Positions 25,198-38,665 of a stretch of 64,000 bases of DNA are shown piece after piece. The notes beneath the pieces were generated by a model, which did no database searches, was not told where the DNA came from, and saw nothing but the letters and a program-made list of their open reading frames with translations. A program made the translations under genes and the position numbers. Origin of the DNA: Sarea resinae. Its lineage: Eukaryota. The stretch spans positions 620,001-684,000 of the forward strand of contig JAPEUD010000002.1 in the NCBI GenBank assembly GCA_026026165.1. Reading direction: 5' to 3'. The number at the start of each line of letters is the position of its first letter. The first letter of the stretch is position 1.

Positions 25198-28108
25198 GGT
25201 AAGTCTCACAGTTTTCAACATCAAGGCGGCGTCCACGAATGACTGATATCCGAGATTGAAGCAGATGGTCTGATAGTTCTTTCTTGACGAATTATGAAGG
25301 AATCATCATAGCATCCTAGTCTATTCCATCTCTTCTGGTCAATTAGCGAGCGATAGGGTTCTCAGCTCTTACAACACATCATGTCTTGAAGCGTTAAATT
25401 GTTCAATCGGTCCTGTTCAGTCGTCTTTTCTGATCTCTAGGAGGGGCATGAAGAGGGCGATCCTGCTCAGGTATTCTTTCTCGTATATCATCGAATGCAA
25501 GCAATGAATGACATAGCATAATTTCGATAACCAAGTGCCATCTCTTCGATGTCCTCGGGCTCCTCTTATGTGTTCGATGAATTTGCGGACGTTGGATCTT
25601 ATCATGTCATGTCGCATTGGGCTTCGAGTATTGCCAGATGAGATCTCATCAATCGAAGAACCGACAGTCGCTGACGTTGCATGGATGAGAGACTCGACCC
25701 TTCTGTGCTCCGGTAATCTGGCGGACGGTAAAACATCGCATACGAATCACCCAGGTATGTGATATGATGAAGATTACAATGTCGCATTGGCTTTCCGTCC
25801 TGCAGGAATGCTCTCCGACTGCTGCCCGTTGTGTTGCATTGGGTTATCATGCTGGCGTGAGCAAGCACCATACAGTCACCAAAAAAAGATTGAAAAGCAA
25901 CCTTGGTCAATCTGGTAGAGAGATGCTAAATTAAGGTAATTATAGAAGAAAGGAAGCAAGAAAGGTAGAAGAACTTTTGGATAGATGGAGACAGTTTACC
26001 ACTGGGATACCTTTTTATCGAGCGGAGCAGACTCGATTTGTCTCAGCCCGGACAACTTCCACTACCGGTCCACCAAGTTTATCATTCCATCTCCTGCTCG
26101 AGCTAGATCTTGGCCTTGTAAGATCAATTTATCGTCCGGTCGAGATTTCGTATTTGACGGAAGAGGGGAAGATGGATGTACTGAGGTTTCGAGGAGAGGG
26201 CCGACAGCCTACAGGGGCTTGGGTAGTCGGAGACTGGATAGCCTGCAGAAATAACGATCTTTCTTGTTATTATTATGAAATTGCGATTTATTGACTCGGT
26301 TTTGGCGGGGTGCCGTAGATCAAATATTCGGATTGCCGCGGTCCAGCTGTCTTCGTCACTCCTACTGGGCGGAGACCGTCACCATACTTATAGCCAACAA
26401 AAGCCCTCCAGCTCCGGGCCACAGTGTCAGTTTTGAGCTTAGCGATCACGATCACGTATCCATACTTTAGCCACAGGTTAGCATCATTACAGAAGTACAC
26501 GGTCCCACCCAGGGCTTATTGCACCATTGCACCTCACCCTCCACTATCCGCCATCCATCCATCATCCACGGACCACCATCCAGCTTGGGATAAGTAATGG
26601 TTCATACTCCGGAGTACTTCGCAAAGCTCCGCACGAGGTACGAGGAGGGTCCAGGGTCAATGATTGAGGGCAAAGTTCCCCTACCAGAGGTACCTACCTT
26701 GAGGTAACTTCCAATCCCTCCGACCATGGACCGTGGCATGGCATGAACCATGGCACGACATTGGGTTCCGCTGCCGCACACCCCACCCCCACTCCCGTCT
26801 CCCACAACCAGAACCCTTGTCCCGCACGAAATATCCGTGGTCGCGCCTGCAAAATGCTATCAGGTCGTCGTCCATGCGCTTTATTATGCTCGCGGGGTCT
26901 ACTCGATTCACGCAAGCGATGAGTGAGGGGATGAGGTATTGGATGAGACGAGACTGAGGTACTGTAGAGACACCCCCTTGCCCCCCCCAAGAGCATGAGG
27001 GCCCAAGGCTCAATAGCAATGATGCCTGCCTGATGGGAAGCATCTTCTCTGTCGTAATAGGGAATCGACTTTCCTTCTTTCCTTCCTCCAGCTTTTTACA
27101 TCTGATTGTCCCATGGTCTCTCTGACTCTCTTTGTTCGCTCGAGATACTTCTACGTGACTGCGTGCAATTTTAGTATGCGGGAGCGTGCAGTGCGGGCGG
27201 GTATCATGGATTTCATGCATTTGCGGTCCAGCGCATTCAAAGGCGTTTGTCACCTCTTTTGGCTGACTGCAGCGTTGGACTGGTGGATTGGCCGCAAATC
27301 GATACATAACTTTACCCTCCCGGGCTACTCACGTTGACTGAACGTCGATCAAGAGCTCCCGGGCTGATCTCGCTTGCCCGGCTCGCACTACGTGGGAGGT
27401 ATCCCCATGATCAAGATGAATGACGGGCATGGCAATAAGGTAATGATGATGATGACGATAGAGTGGTAGGTCCTATGTGGGAAAGGCCCGCATTCTCATC
27501 AGCTGCTCCAGTGAATCTTATCGCCCTTGTCTGAGCCATTGGACCTGTTCCATGTGCGTCGTAGTATTGTTGGAGCAGTGGATATTCTCTCCTCGGTAGT
27601 ATTCGATTCGTGAGGTGGCGATGACTGAGTTGAGATGGGCACCTAACAGCTGGAGGTAGGTACCTAGGTAGGTAGGTAAGGTAGTCATCCATCTCATCCC
27701 ACTCCTCGATAGGTACGAAGTAAGAAGTGCTTTGTACGAGCTGATGCTGAGTAAAAACGGGTATCCTAAGGTACCTTACCTATCGATTGACTCAAGGGAA
27801 GGGAAAAGAGGTACTTGGTGAGTCCTCCTCTGCCCTCCGCATACCACTCTCCTCACTACCGACACATCTATCGGTACCAATAGCTACCTTACCTGTCCTT
27901 GGTAGGTAGGTATACTTGACCTACTTCGCGCCTCACCTTGGGCTCGCCGTCTTTGACGCCCAGGATCTCGAGATCTCCCAGCTCTTTCCCCCGTGCTAGA
28001 GACGAGTAGTGCGTTCGCGTCTCCACCGCACACAATACCTGAACCTTACCCTTACCTTAGGTCCAAGTTGCTCTTCCCTTCACTGTTTCCAGGAAGAGCT
28101 CAGCTTGC

Positions 28109-31100
28109 ATGAGCTCAATAATGGACCCTCTACGGCCTGCCGTCGTGCCGGCTGCGCCTTCACAAAGTAAACGCTCTGCTACCTCCAATCTACCATCACC
28201 AAATAGTCGTCAGACCTCGTCGAGCAATCTACGGTTACAGCAAGCGATTCCGTCACCGCCGGCTGCTGACGTGACCACCATCAACTCGATCCGCCAGGAA
28301 GGATCCGGACATGCTCATTCACCGCAATCACCAGCAGTGCCTTCTGCTCCGACTGGGCATCCTGTCGCTACCAAGCGTACAGAGCCTACGTCTCCGAACG
28401 CGATCATGAAGCATTCGACGTCAAGTGGTGGCTTAAAGGGCCATAAGGGTGTGCCTTCGAAAAGACCTTCAAGCAAGGACTTGAGCGAGGCGAGAAAGTC
28501 GTCGAAACAGTTCAGCAAAGGCCCCTCGGAACAGAAAGTGGTCAAGCAGGTAGATGCTGGATCGAAGAAGAATGAGGATGATGAGGTTTGTTATATTCTG
28601 GACTGTCCTTCTGTCTCTTGCTTGAATCTTTGCTTACTCGTTCTCTAGCTCATACGAACATTCCGGAGCAATTTTGATGGGTTACGGTCCCTGGTCACCT
28701 GCAGGGTCTGTGTGAGGCTTCTGTACGAGCCATATACGATAGCTTGCGGCCATACTTTTTGCTATAGCGTGCGTGGTCTGTATGCCTTTCTGACGATTTC
28801 GCTAACGCTAGCTTCAGTGCCTTTCCCAATGGTTTGCAAATAACAAGTCTCACAAGACCTGTCCAGACTGTCGAAGTACGGTCAAGCATCAGCCAGCTCC
28901 GGCCTATCTGGTGAGCCCATCATTCGAGAAATCAGCAGAAAGGTTCAGCTAACCAGGCCCCCATAGGTCCGAGAGATGACGGAGATGTTCATTTGCCGTG
29001 CAGAACTTCTACCTGCCGGTGAGACAGCAGCAGACCATCAAAAATGGAAGAAAGAGGAGGCAGAGATGGTAGAACGCGATAAGGTTAATCAGGATCCCAA
29101 AAACGGAGGCTTGTTCAAGGGATGCTTTAAACATTCGGGGCGACGAGGTAGACCCATACGGGACGATGAAGATGGGGTAGATCGATGTCCAATGTGCGGT
29201 TGGGAGTTGGAAGATGGCGTATGCACCCAGTGTGGGCTGAGATTCGATGACGATGGACACGTACATGCCTGGGGATGGGGCGAGGGCGGCTTTGACGGCT
29301 TCAGCGACATCGAGGAAGGCTCTGAAACAGGATTTTCGAGCGAAGAGTTGGATGAAGAGCTTGGAATGGAAGATCATGATGCAGAACTTGGTTTTGATGT
29401 AGATGATGCCTTTCAGGCGGGTGAAGATGCCATGACAGGCGATGAGTACAACGATGGCTACGATCAAGAGCTCCGAATCAACGCCCAAAATTACGCTATC
29501 AGACGAGCTATCGCCAACGGCTCGATCCGACGTCCTGCTTTCCATAGCGCTGCAGGTAGTCGAAGAAGGAGCTACACAGCAAGCTTAACCTCGGAGATGC
29601 AGATTTCAGAAGACGGTGAAATGGATACACTCGAGGAAGAGAGTGAAGAGGAAGATGGAGAAGAGGACTCGTCTCTCAGTGGTTTTATCGTCGATGACGA
29701 TGAAGAGGAGTCAGCCCACTCGAATCGGCAAGAGTCACATCACCGCACGATCTCACAACGCGCTACAGGGCATGCGTTCCAAAATGCAAACTCTGTATCA
29801 CGGGGCGGTACTCCTCGATCAGAAGCTACACAAGTTGACGAAGAATATGACGAAGTAGGGGCTGTCTCCAATGGGCGACGCCGGAGACCGGCTGCACAAA
29901 GGCGTCCCTTACCGGGAAGTTTAGGTCGAAGGGGTGCAATAGCCCTGTCTGTTTCCACGGAAACTGATGAAGATGACCGTGATCCAGGCGAGGAATCTCA
30001 GGCGTTATTGCGAAACCAGATGGGCTGGGCTCAGCTTGACCATGACCCTCTGGACGATGACATGGCCGAGAGCGACGATGATGGGATGACTACCGTCGGA
30101 ACGCCCGCAAGCTCTCTGGCTAATGACAGGAGGCGCCTTGGAGGGTCTTTAACTCCTACGAATAATAGGCCAGGTCCAGGCATCCGGCCACCTTCTCGTA
30201 CTCGACATAGACCACTTGACATGTCAAGAGGTTTACGAAGAAGGAGTTCCGTGCTCTCAATTGCCTCCACTGCCAATTATGAGGATGGCGAGGCGGATGA
30301 TGACGACTCCGAGGCCGAATCCGCAAGCATAGACCGAGACGGCGATATCGACATGGACAGCTTATCTACAGAAGCGATGCGACATCGCCAAGCACAATTG
30401 TCTCTAGACAACGTCATCCGCACGACACAGCGCAATCAAGCTACTCAAGGCACGTCTTTGAATGACGCCATTGACATTGATACTGACTCTACGTCTGATG
30501 CTTCTATTCGTCCGCCTCGACGTAGAAGAAACCACAGGACTCGACAGCCAGAATATAATCCCATGATCAGTGCATTATTTGCACAGCACCGGAGTGGATT
30601 GCGCGATAATAATACGCGCCAAGCGGGAGTCGGCGAAACTCAAGAGTCGTCTCGGACAAGGACCCCTCTAGGAAGACCTCGTTCCGTAAATCGCAACAGA
30701 CTTTCTCAACACTCAGCAAGTCCTGGTTTGGCTCCTCCGTTTTCACCAATCTCGAATGGGTCGCTACCCCCATTCTCACCGCCGTCCATCGCTTCGGGTC
30801 ATTCTCGGACATCTTCGGCCGCCAGCATGTCGAATAACAACAACGCTATGTCTCGCTCTTTAAGGCGGCCAGAGAGTTCTAACATGTCCAGGTCGAATCG
30901 ATCCACGGTGACACCCGACGGGGATCCTTCTCGCTCTTCCACGATTGACCCAATATCTGTAGGCTCTGCACACGCTTCCCGCTCACCTCCGAGTGCAGCA
31001 GATATAGGCTCTCCTCTATATGGCGACTCCAGCCCCGCCTCAAATACCGGCGGCTTGCGCAATGTTGGCTCACCGGTTGGGCGTGAATATGAACGCACAA

Positions 31101-32059
31101 ATAGTCGTGCGGGTCATAGAACCCCTTCAGACCCTGCTCGACGGGCCCCCTTTCAAGCCAGAGAAATTTCTGCGTCCCCTTTCCAAGGATTCTATCCTAA
31201 TGGGCCACGGGTTCCATCATCCCCGGGTTTCAATATTGCGGCCCAATCGCTTCAAGCCAGGAACCCATGGGCACCGTTTGTGCGGCCTAGACAGTCCACC
31301 AGCAGATTGAGGGAGCAGTCATCTACAGCTACATTACGAGCGCGGAACTCGCGACGTGAACTTCGTGGCCAGCCTTCCCAAGTCAATATTCGAGATGGCG
31401 TGCCTCAACAATCAGGTATGCGCACTCAGGCCTCTCGAACATCTTTGCGGAGCACACCCTCGCACCAACGTTTGCGTTCACAGGGATCCGTCCATGCTCT
31501 TCGCAATGGGTCCAGCACACCAACTGCTCAATCACCGATGCTCTCAGGAGGTGGGGTAACGGTCGCCGGTCCACGAGGCTCACCGAATGCTGGGCGCTCG
31601 GCCGAAGAAACAAGACGACTTGGAATGGAGGTCGCCCGACGCAGGGGCGAAGAACTCGGCAGGCGAAATCCCTTTGCGCGTTCTCGATCCGATCAGACAA
31701 CAAGAAGACTTAGCGATTCCTCGGACGTGAGTCAGCAGGAGCAGAATGGTGGCTTTAATCCAGCCGCTGAATTCGCGGGAGGTTTCAGGAATGCTTCTGC
31801 TGAGCCTTCAGCTTCGCCATCTTCCGCCGCGAGTCCGGGACCGAACTTGCAACGTCGTAATAGCCGTCGTCTGATGAGACCAACTGGGTCAGGCGATGCA
31901 TCCGTTTCTTCGGCTTCTTCTTTCGCAGGTACAACAGCAGCGGTGCGCACTCGGAGCGGGCAAGGATTGGGCAATATGGGAGGATACGGAAATCAGAACA
32001 GCACTAATACGTCCATGACGCGAGGCATGAGCCCCATGATGGCTACGGGTGAAGCTTGA
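28109..32059 (+). CDS. PSH1: C3HC4 RING E3 ligase, Psh1-like
   Basis: Spliced RING: CRVCVRLLYEPYTIACGHTFCYSCLSQW..KTCPDCR. Second Zn module DEDGVDRCPMCGWELEDGVCTQCG, followed by an acidic and disordered tail. Introns at about 28586-28648, 28769-28817 and 28911-28966. Confidence 0.75.
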
Positions 32060-32733
32060 TATCAGATTACATCAAGAACAACAACATTTCGACAGAACAG
32101 AATTTGGAGGGATTCTCACACAGACAGACGGATGGTCTTTGCTCTTCCTCCGCTCTTACTGAGTAGCGCATTTAGCGAAACAATGGACTCTGGCAAGGTA
32201 TGGCAAGGTTTGCGTGATTATAGCATTATTGGTTTGGGATCGGATGGCATGGGAGGTTTTGACGGGGAAATTCCAGAAAGCGCATAGCAGCGCTAGGATC
32301 GCGTTGCATTCTCTGTCATTGCTGTGGCGTGATCCTCTTTTATTCCTTTTGCAGTAGCTTCTGATATTGCATAATTGAGCGCGATTGAAGGGATCTCTAG
32401 AGAAAAGCCGAAACTAAATTGTGAGCTTTACGCGGGACGATTAACACTACAGCCACACCCAGATAGTATTTTCTGCTATCAGCTGCCCGTAACATTTAGA
32501 CTTTTAAGCCGCCACATCGGCTGGGCCCCCACCAAGTGTTGACCGACCGAAGACCCCACGTCGCGCGGTGCTCTAAATCAGTAATTTTCCCAGTACCTCA
32601 ACAAACCCAATTAGAAAATCCGAGCAAACAACCGCCTCCTTTCAGAAAGATCTATTGCCCGCTTCCATTTGATTGCTCACGTCGTCCAAAGATCAGATAA
32701 TTCTCCTCCTGCGGAGGTAGAAGCCCCGCGACA

Positions 32734-33456
32734 ATGAAACTCCTAACCCTCAATTTTCTCACTTGCGCCGTGAAGTCATGCAAATCCTCCCCCGCCGCCT
32801 ATCCACTACACGTCCGAGATGCCGAACTCGAACAGCAGGAGCTGGAATTCGACGATAGATTCCTGGTCAATATTTTGCCACGGGTGGAATGGGATGCGCT
32901 GAGGGGGAGTGCTATGGAGGTGAGTGCGATTCGGCGGGGTTTCCAGGGGCGGTAATTTTGGATGGAAGGGGGAAAGGAAGAAGGGTGTGTCTTGGAGGGT
33001 ATTTCGGGTGGTGACGCAGCGTCATTGGACATGAAAGGGTTATAAGAATCGAAGCTGATTCTGTATGCATGACTCTAGCTTGGATTTACGACGCTGCCAG
33101 CCGAAAAACCCGCTTTCGCTCCTCTCGCGGCCTCCTCTTCTCCCTCCGCCTCCGCCGAGCCCGAATCCGATGCTGCAGACACAGACCTACCGGATGCCCC
33201 TGCGGCGGTCCCTACTTCCGCCCCCGAAGGACTGCACAGTCCAAGTGAAGAGAAACTGCTGCACGACTTGCACACCCTTCTGCTCGAGACGCATATCATG
33301 TCCGGGAAGCTAGTTTGTGGCAATTGCGGGCACGAGTACGCCATCAAAGAGGGCATCGCGAACTTTTTGCTGCCGAATCATTTGGGTGAGTGCTTGCTTG
33401 TCGGTGGGAGCGCCGGCTCGCGGGATCATTGCTAAATGCTCGAGGCAATAGTCTGA
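32734..33456 (+). CDS. TRM112: Methyltransferase activator Trm112
   Basis: MKLLTLNFLTCAVKSC..LHTLLLETHIMSGKLVCGNCGHEYAIKEGIANFLLPNHLV*. Introns 32920-33078 and 33386-33451; the last coding piece is only TC-TGA. Confidence 0.95.
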
Positions 33457-33699
33457 GCTGAGTGGAGGCCGTGGAGAATGAAATACCACCACTTCTGCTG
33501 CCGTTGCTGGCGGCTATACATTATAATGTCAATACCGGAGCTGGATCCAGGTGCTATGATGTTGACCCGAGTGTGCTGGGTATGAGGACACATAGAAATT
33601 TTTTGCAAGGGACCGCGAATTGTCATTCCAGGCGCATTGGAGAGGTCTCTTAAAACGGAATGGGAAAAGGACAAGGAGACGGTCTACCGTGATCGTATT

Positions 33700-34110
33700 C
33701 ATATCTCTTCATCACCTCGTTTCATCTTTTTCGAAGTCTTGTTCTATCGACTTATTAACCACCTTACCTCTTTCACATTGCCCTCTACGTTTTACGCTCA
33801 CCTTGCCAATCCTTTCCGTACCCTCATCGCCTTGCTCTACCGCTCACGACCATCTCTGTACTTTCGTGAACCTCGCCGGCCCCTAATCTCACCTCGCCCA
33901 CTGAACCACGCTGGTTTGTGTCCAACGGGGAAAGCCTCTGACGAAAAAGAGATGCCAGACCTTGAAAGGATCGACAAGAAGGGTAGAAAGACACAGACAA
34001 GAGGCCATTGATGGAAAGCGGTAGCTATGGGAGAAATAGACAGACCGAATGTTAAGGCAAAGAAGAAGGCGGGTAATGCAGGGAGGGACGAGAGAGGCGA
34101 AGCCATCATA
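33700..34110 (-). other. Degenerate long inverted repeat, candidate structured ncRNA
   Basis: Nested complementary blocks: 33802-33816 with 33964-33978, 33776-33786 with 34000-34010, and 33765-33774 with 34014-34023. See findings. Confidence 0.45.
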
Positions 34111-34680
34111 GCATATAGGGGCGGCGGTCAGCGCTGTATCTACTTTAGAGAACAGAGAGGTCGTAGAGCTTAGACTCGCTATGTTGACGTATGTAGTCTT
34201 TGTATTCGGACGGCCGGGGGAAGAGTGTCAACTACCTAAATCTCTGCGTACCTACCTACCTATACCTCAAAAATCCGCTAAGGCAAATTGCCCCATGGAC
34301 GGGGAGGAGAGTACGGGAAGTACGACATTGGACGACCCTAGTTGTGTAGATTGTCGAGAGAGTGATCTTACTCGTAAGTTCGTGCAGAATAAACATGCCA
34401 GGGAGCTTCCTTGGACTTCGGTGGCATTGGATCGCTCAAGGAAAGCACTGTACCTGTGATCCTCGATTACGGGCCCTGAGAGGATCACAGGAAACAAAGA
34501 CGACAGTGACGGAGAGAGTGGATGCTCCTCGCTTTGCAATTGAACCTACAGATACGCACAAAGGCCATACACGCCCAAGAGAACAGACTATAAGCAAATA
34601 TGAAGCAGAAGAAGAAGAATAGGTCGACCTGAGGCCGGAGAAAAGGCCCCCAGTCAAGTGAAAAAGCCGGCTTGATTCTT

Positions 34681-35631
34681 CTAATTGACCTGCGACCCAT
34701 ATCCCTTAATGCTCTCCGCAAACGCCCAACTCTGCTTCTCTAGCAGCTCATCCTCCTTCAACTCAACACCACCCTCCTTCGTGACTACGGCAATCGAGTA
34801 CCGATCTAAACTTCGCGCGTCCCGATAAAATAGCACCTTCATGCACTCCTTCACCGCAGCAACGGCCTGCTCTCTCGACAATCCCTCCACTGCGCTGTCA
34901 TCCGGCACATAGCGGCGTAGAATCGGCTGCGCTAAATGGGCCCCAAACCCAGTAGCCAGCGAGGGAGCAGAGAATGTCGTGCCCAGCAGATCTGCACTCG
35001 CGAGGAACGGCGCATCGTCTGCATCAAGGCCGGCAACTAGGACCTGGTTCCAGAGCGGGTTGAAATCCGAGCGGCGCTTGTAGAGCACCTTTGCCATGTA
35101 GGAGTGGACGTTCTTGGCATTGAGATCGTGTGCTTCGCCGGCTGTGGAATAGTTCTCGTGGACGGAGAGGGAGGTCAGAAGACGGTCGATGTATTGCATG
35201 TCCGAGACGTCGCCGCCGAAGCCGAGGATGGTGCGAGCGTTGAAGGGGCGGAGACGTTTGACGTCTGTGAAACGGGCGAGAGAGCCGTACGATGCTGGAG
35301 AGATGGAGCAGAGTATTAGTGAGGGGATATTCTAGGGATGCATCTAAATGGTCGATGGGACATGAAGGCTTGAGATGGGTGCTGGGGAGCGTACCAAGGT
35401 TGTCAGCCGCGATGACAACGCCGTCTTTGAACTTCAGTGCCACGACAGAGGTACCGGTGACGATGGGCGACTGTGTGTGTTGCTTAGGTCCGCTGGTTTG
35501 CAGATACGAGGCATCGTATGCGCCGTAGACATCGTCTCTAGGCTACATTATCTCCTGTTAGTAAAGCTCGGGGGTGAACTGATTAGGTGGATGGGCCTTA
35601 CACGGCCCCAAGCTTGAGGTAGGTGATTCAT
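34681..35631 (-). CDS. PRE4: 20S proteasome subunit beta7
   Basis: [87 protein letters not shown]. Introns 35543-35601 and 35295-35394. Confidence 0.96.
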
Positions 35632-36048
35632 CGTGAATGTAGATGCTAATTGTTCAGCGATATGATGTCGCCAACGTAGGTGCGTCGGAAACGGTCTCGA
35701 TTGCAGTAGGGAAAAAAGTCAGAAATGGGATTTGTAGACTCGGAGTTGGTGGTGGTTTGGTCGTAGATTGATGATGTCGAGCTGCTGCTACCTAGAGCTT
35801 GAGGTACGCGGCTCGCTTCTATCTACTACGAGAAAGTATAGTCGCGGTAGACGCCAAAGGCTATGGAGCAGAAGAGTTCTTCAGATAACAAACCTCTAGC
35901 ACACCATATGACTTTGCACAATGTTTTGTAATTATTATTTACCGTATCGTGATTCATTCGAGAAAATGGATCCTGTGATTAATATAATACATGCCAAGAT
36001 AACCACGAACGCCGCCCCGGAGCCCCCAAAAAATGGCAATCCCTATAG

Positions 36049-37105
36049 TCACCGCGACCTTGAGCGCCTTCGTTGAGGAGACCTAGACCGGCTGCGATCT
36101 CGACTCCGATACCCGTCGTATCTCCCACCTCGACGTTCTAGATCCTTCCGAGGCCTCCCTTCTGGTTCTCGCGGTGATTGAACCCTGTCCCGAGATAGAC
36201 CGGCCATAACTCGCTCGGCAGCGCTGCCTTTTAGCCCTCTCCCGCCTACATTACCAGATCCGGGTGTGCCAACTCTAGTAGATTCTCCTGAACCGGTTGC
36301 CGGAACAAACTCCAGGGCTTCCCTCTGCACCCTCGCCTTCTCCTCTTCCTTGCGCCTCGACAACTCCTGCTGACTCTTCGCTAGCTCCTCCTTGTAAGCC
36401 CACTTTGGGAATCCCGAGGGATCCCATAATTCTGTCGGCAGTGTCGAGGCATATTGGTTCTGATCGTCTATGCCCGCAAAGCCCATAAGCTTCTGTAGCA
36501 GGCTCGGATTCTTGAGTGCCGATGACTTTGCAAGCTTCTCGTTGAAATGTACACCCTGTTTCTTCAGTTCAAGAAAGTGGGCAAATTTGGCTGATGTGGA
36601 CGGTTGAGGTGATCCGGGTGGTGAGGGTGGGATGTCGAGATTTGGGACCGGAGGAAGAGTGAGATCGCGAATGAGCGATCGGCTTGCCGAATAAGGAGAT
36701 TGGCCGCGAGAGTCGGAGTCACTGAGGTTGGAGGGGTCACTCGGAGCCACTGGGCCTACCATTGGCCCTATCGGTGTTTCATTCGTGGATGTCGCTTCGT
36801 CTGCTATTGGAGACTTAGGCTTCTGTGAAAGGCCAGTAGTGGCAGGAGTTTCTGGAGCACTTTGTGAGTCAATGTTTCTAGTAGCGGATAAATGGATAGT
36901 ACCTGGTGATTGTGGGCCGGATGGAAGGGCAGTAGATCTTGCAGTCGTCTTGAGTCTGTAATATCAGCGACTGGGACCGTACAACGGCGAAGGCCAAAAA
37001 CAGTGAAAAGGCCTGACGTACTTGCTGCGATTTCAGCTTTGTTCTTTTCCCGCTGGCGGAAGCGCTCTCATCATCGCTGCTCTCATAACTTCCCAGTCCA
37101 AGCAT
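36049..37105 (-). CDS. HCNGP/SAP30BP-like protein
   Basis: Starts MLGLGSYESSDDE. Domain KFAHFLELKKQGVHFNEKLAKSSALKNPSLLQKLMGFAGIDDQNQYASTLPTELWDP, then an RS-rich tail. One intron, most likely GC-AG at 36956-37025. Confidence 0.85.
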
Positions 37106-37407
37106 AGTTGCGCATTTACTGAAGCTCCCAGATGGTGTTGGCGGGTTTGGAGTAGACGTGCCTACCTACGGTACGTGTGCGGCGCGGCGCTTATCCTTGG
37201 CGCGCAGGCAGCCGTAGCCGCTACAGCTGTGCGCGTCAACCATCATCCATCGTTGCTCGCCAGCCGCCAATCACTCAGAGCTCGCCCTGCCTTATCCACG
37301 ACGTAACCAACCTTTGAACCAGCAATCATCTGCCCATCATCAACGCCTTCAACCCACATACATCCTCCTCTCAATCAGAAACTTGCTCCTCACATCATAT
37401 CCTCAAG
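37106..37407. promoter_or_regulatory. Bidirectional HCNGP/PRE7 promoter
   Basis: Divergent starts about 300 bp apart; AGCTCC at 37123-37128, AGCTCG at 37279-37284, CCAAT near 37267. Confidence 0.55.
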
Positions 37408-38270
37408 ATGGCATATGCGTTATCCCAGAACGCGGCCATTGCCCATGGCCCTAGCTATTCCTTCACCCAGACCCCAACATCAGCAGCTTCCGGCAACAGA
37501 GAACACAGCTTCTACCCGTACGTTCTCTATCATCTTGAGCTCAGATCACCCTAAGTCATGACTCTAACCACCCTGCTCGCAGTTACACCGACAACGGCGG
37601 CTCAACACTGGGTATCACCGGCGCCGACTTTGCTATCGTAGCAGGAGACACCCGCTCCACATCCGGTTACAACATCAACACACGCTATTCGCCAAAAGTA
37701 TTCAAGATTGGTGCCGACGACGAAACCGGCACGGGAGCCCACATCATACTATCCGTAGTGGGATTCGCGGCCGACGGCGAAGCCCTCAAGGAGCGTCTTG
37801 ATGCCATCGTGAAGATGTACCGCTACCAGCACGGCAAACCCATGTCGGTCAAGGCCTGTGCGCAGAGGCTATCAACCATACTGTACCAGAAGCGATTCTT
37901 CCCTTACTACACGCATGCGATTCTGGGCGGGCTGGACGAGGATGGCAAAGGAGCGCTCTACAGCTACGACCCTGTAGGTTCGTACGAGCGCGAACAGTGC
38001 CGGGCGGGTGGCGCAGCCGCGAGCTTGATCATGCCCTTCCTGGATAACCAGGTCAATTTCAAGAATCAGTACATTCCGGGATCGGGAGAGGGACATGCTT
38101 TGGAAGCAAGAGAAGCAAAGCCGCTGCCAAGGAAGGACGTCGAGGATTTGGTCAGGGATGCGTTCTCGAGCGCTGTCGAGAGGCATATTGAGGTTGGAGA
38201 TGGGCTGCAGATGATGGTGGTGACGAATGCTGGTGTGGAAGAGATTTACCATCCGCTCAAGAGAGATTGA
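37408..38270 (+). CDS. PRE7: 20S proteasome subunit beta6
   Basis: [70 protein letters not shown]..LKRD*. Intron 37518-37582. Confidence 0.96.
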
Positions 38271-38665
38271 TGGACCAACAGCTTTGTGTTTTCCCTTGTC
38301 ATTCATGCTGTAATTCTACTCTAGCATATCCATCATATCAAACGCTCACAATACTGTCGAAAGATTTCTTTTCGATGGTAATTCATTAATGGGCCATGAA
38401 GTCGTTGCTTTCTCTCAAGGGCTGATAGATCATACAATAACAGGAGGTGAGTAAAGGATGAGAGAGGTTTCTGATACAGACGAAGAGCAATTCATGCCAC
38501 CTTATCACCCTCAAGACGCAAGAGAAATAAAGGCACTGTACAAGAGTACAAGCGCCCAGCAACTCCGTTCCTAGACCTTGCAAATCACCCATGCAAATCA
38601 CCCATGCACAATGCTGCACCCCGCACCCTAGATAAAAATACACCCAAAAGCAATCAAGTCTGAGG

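Noticed and set aside
25400..27700. ORFs including the 208-aa minus ORF 26681-27307
   Set aside because: No recognisable domain and non-protein-like composition; probably chance ORFs in regulatory DNA.
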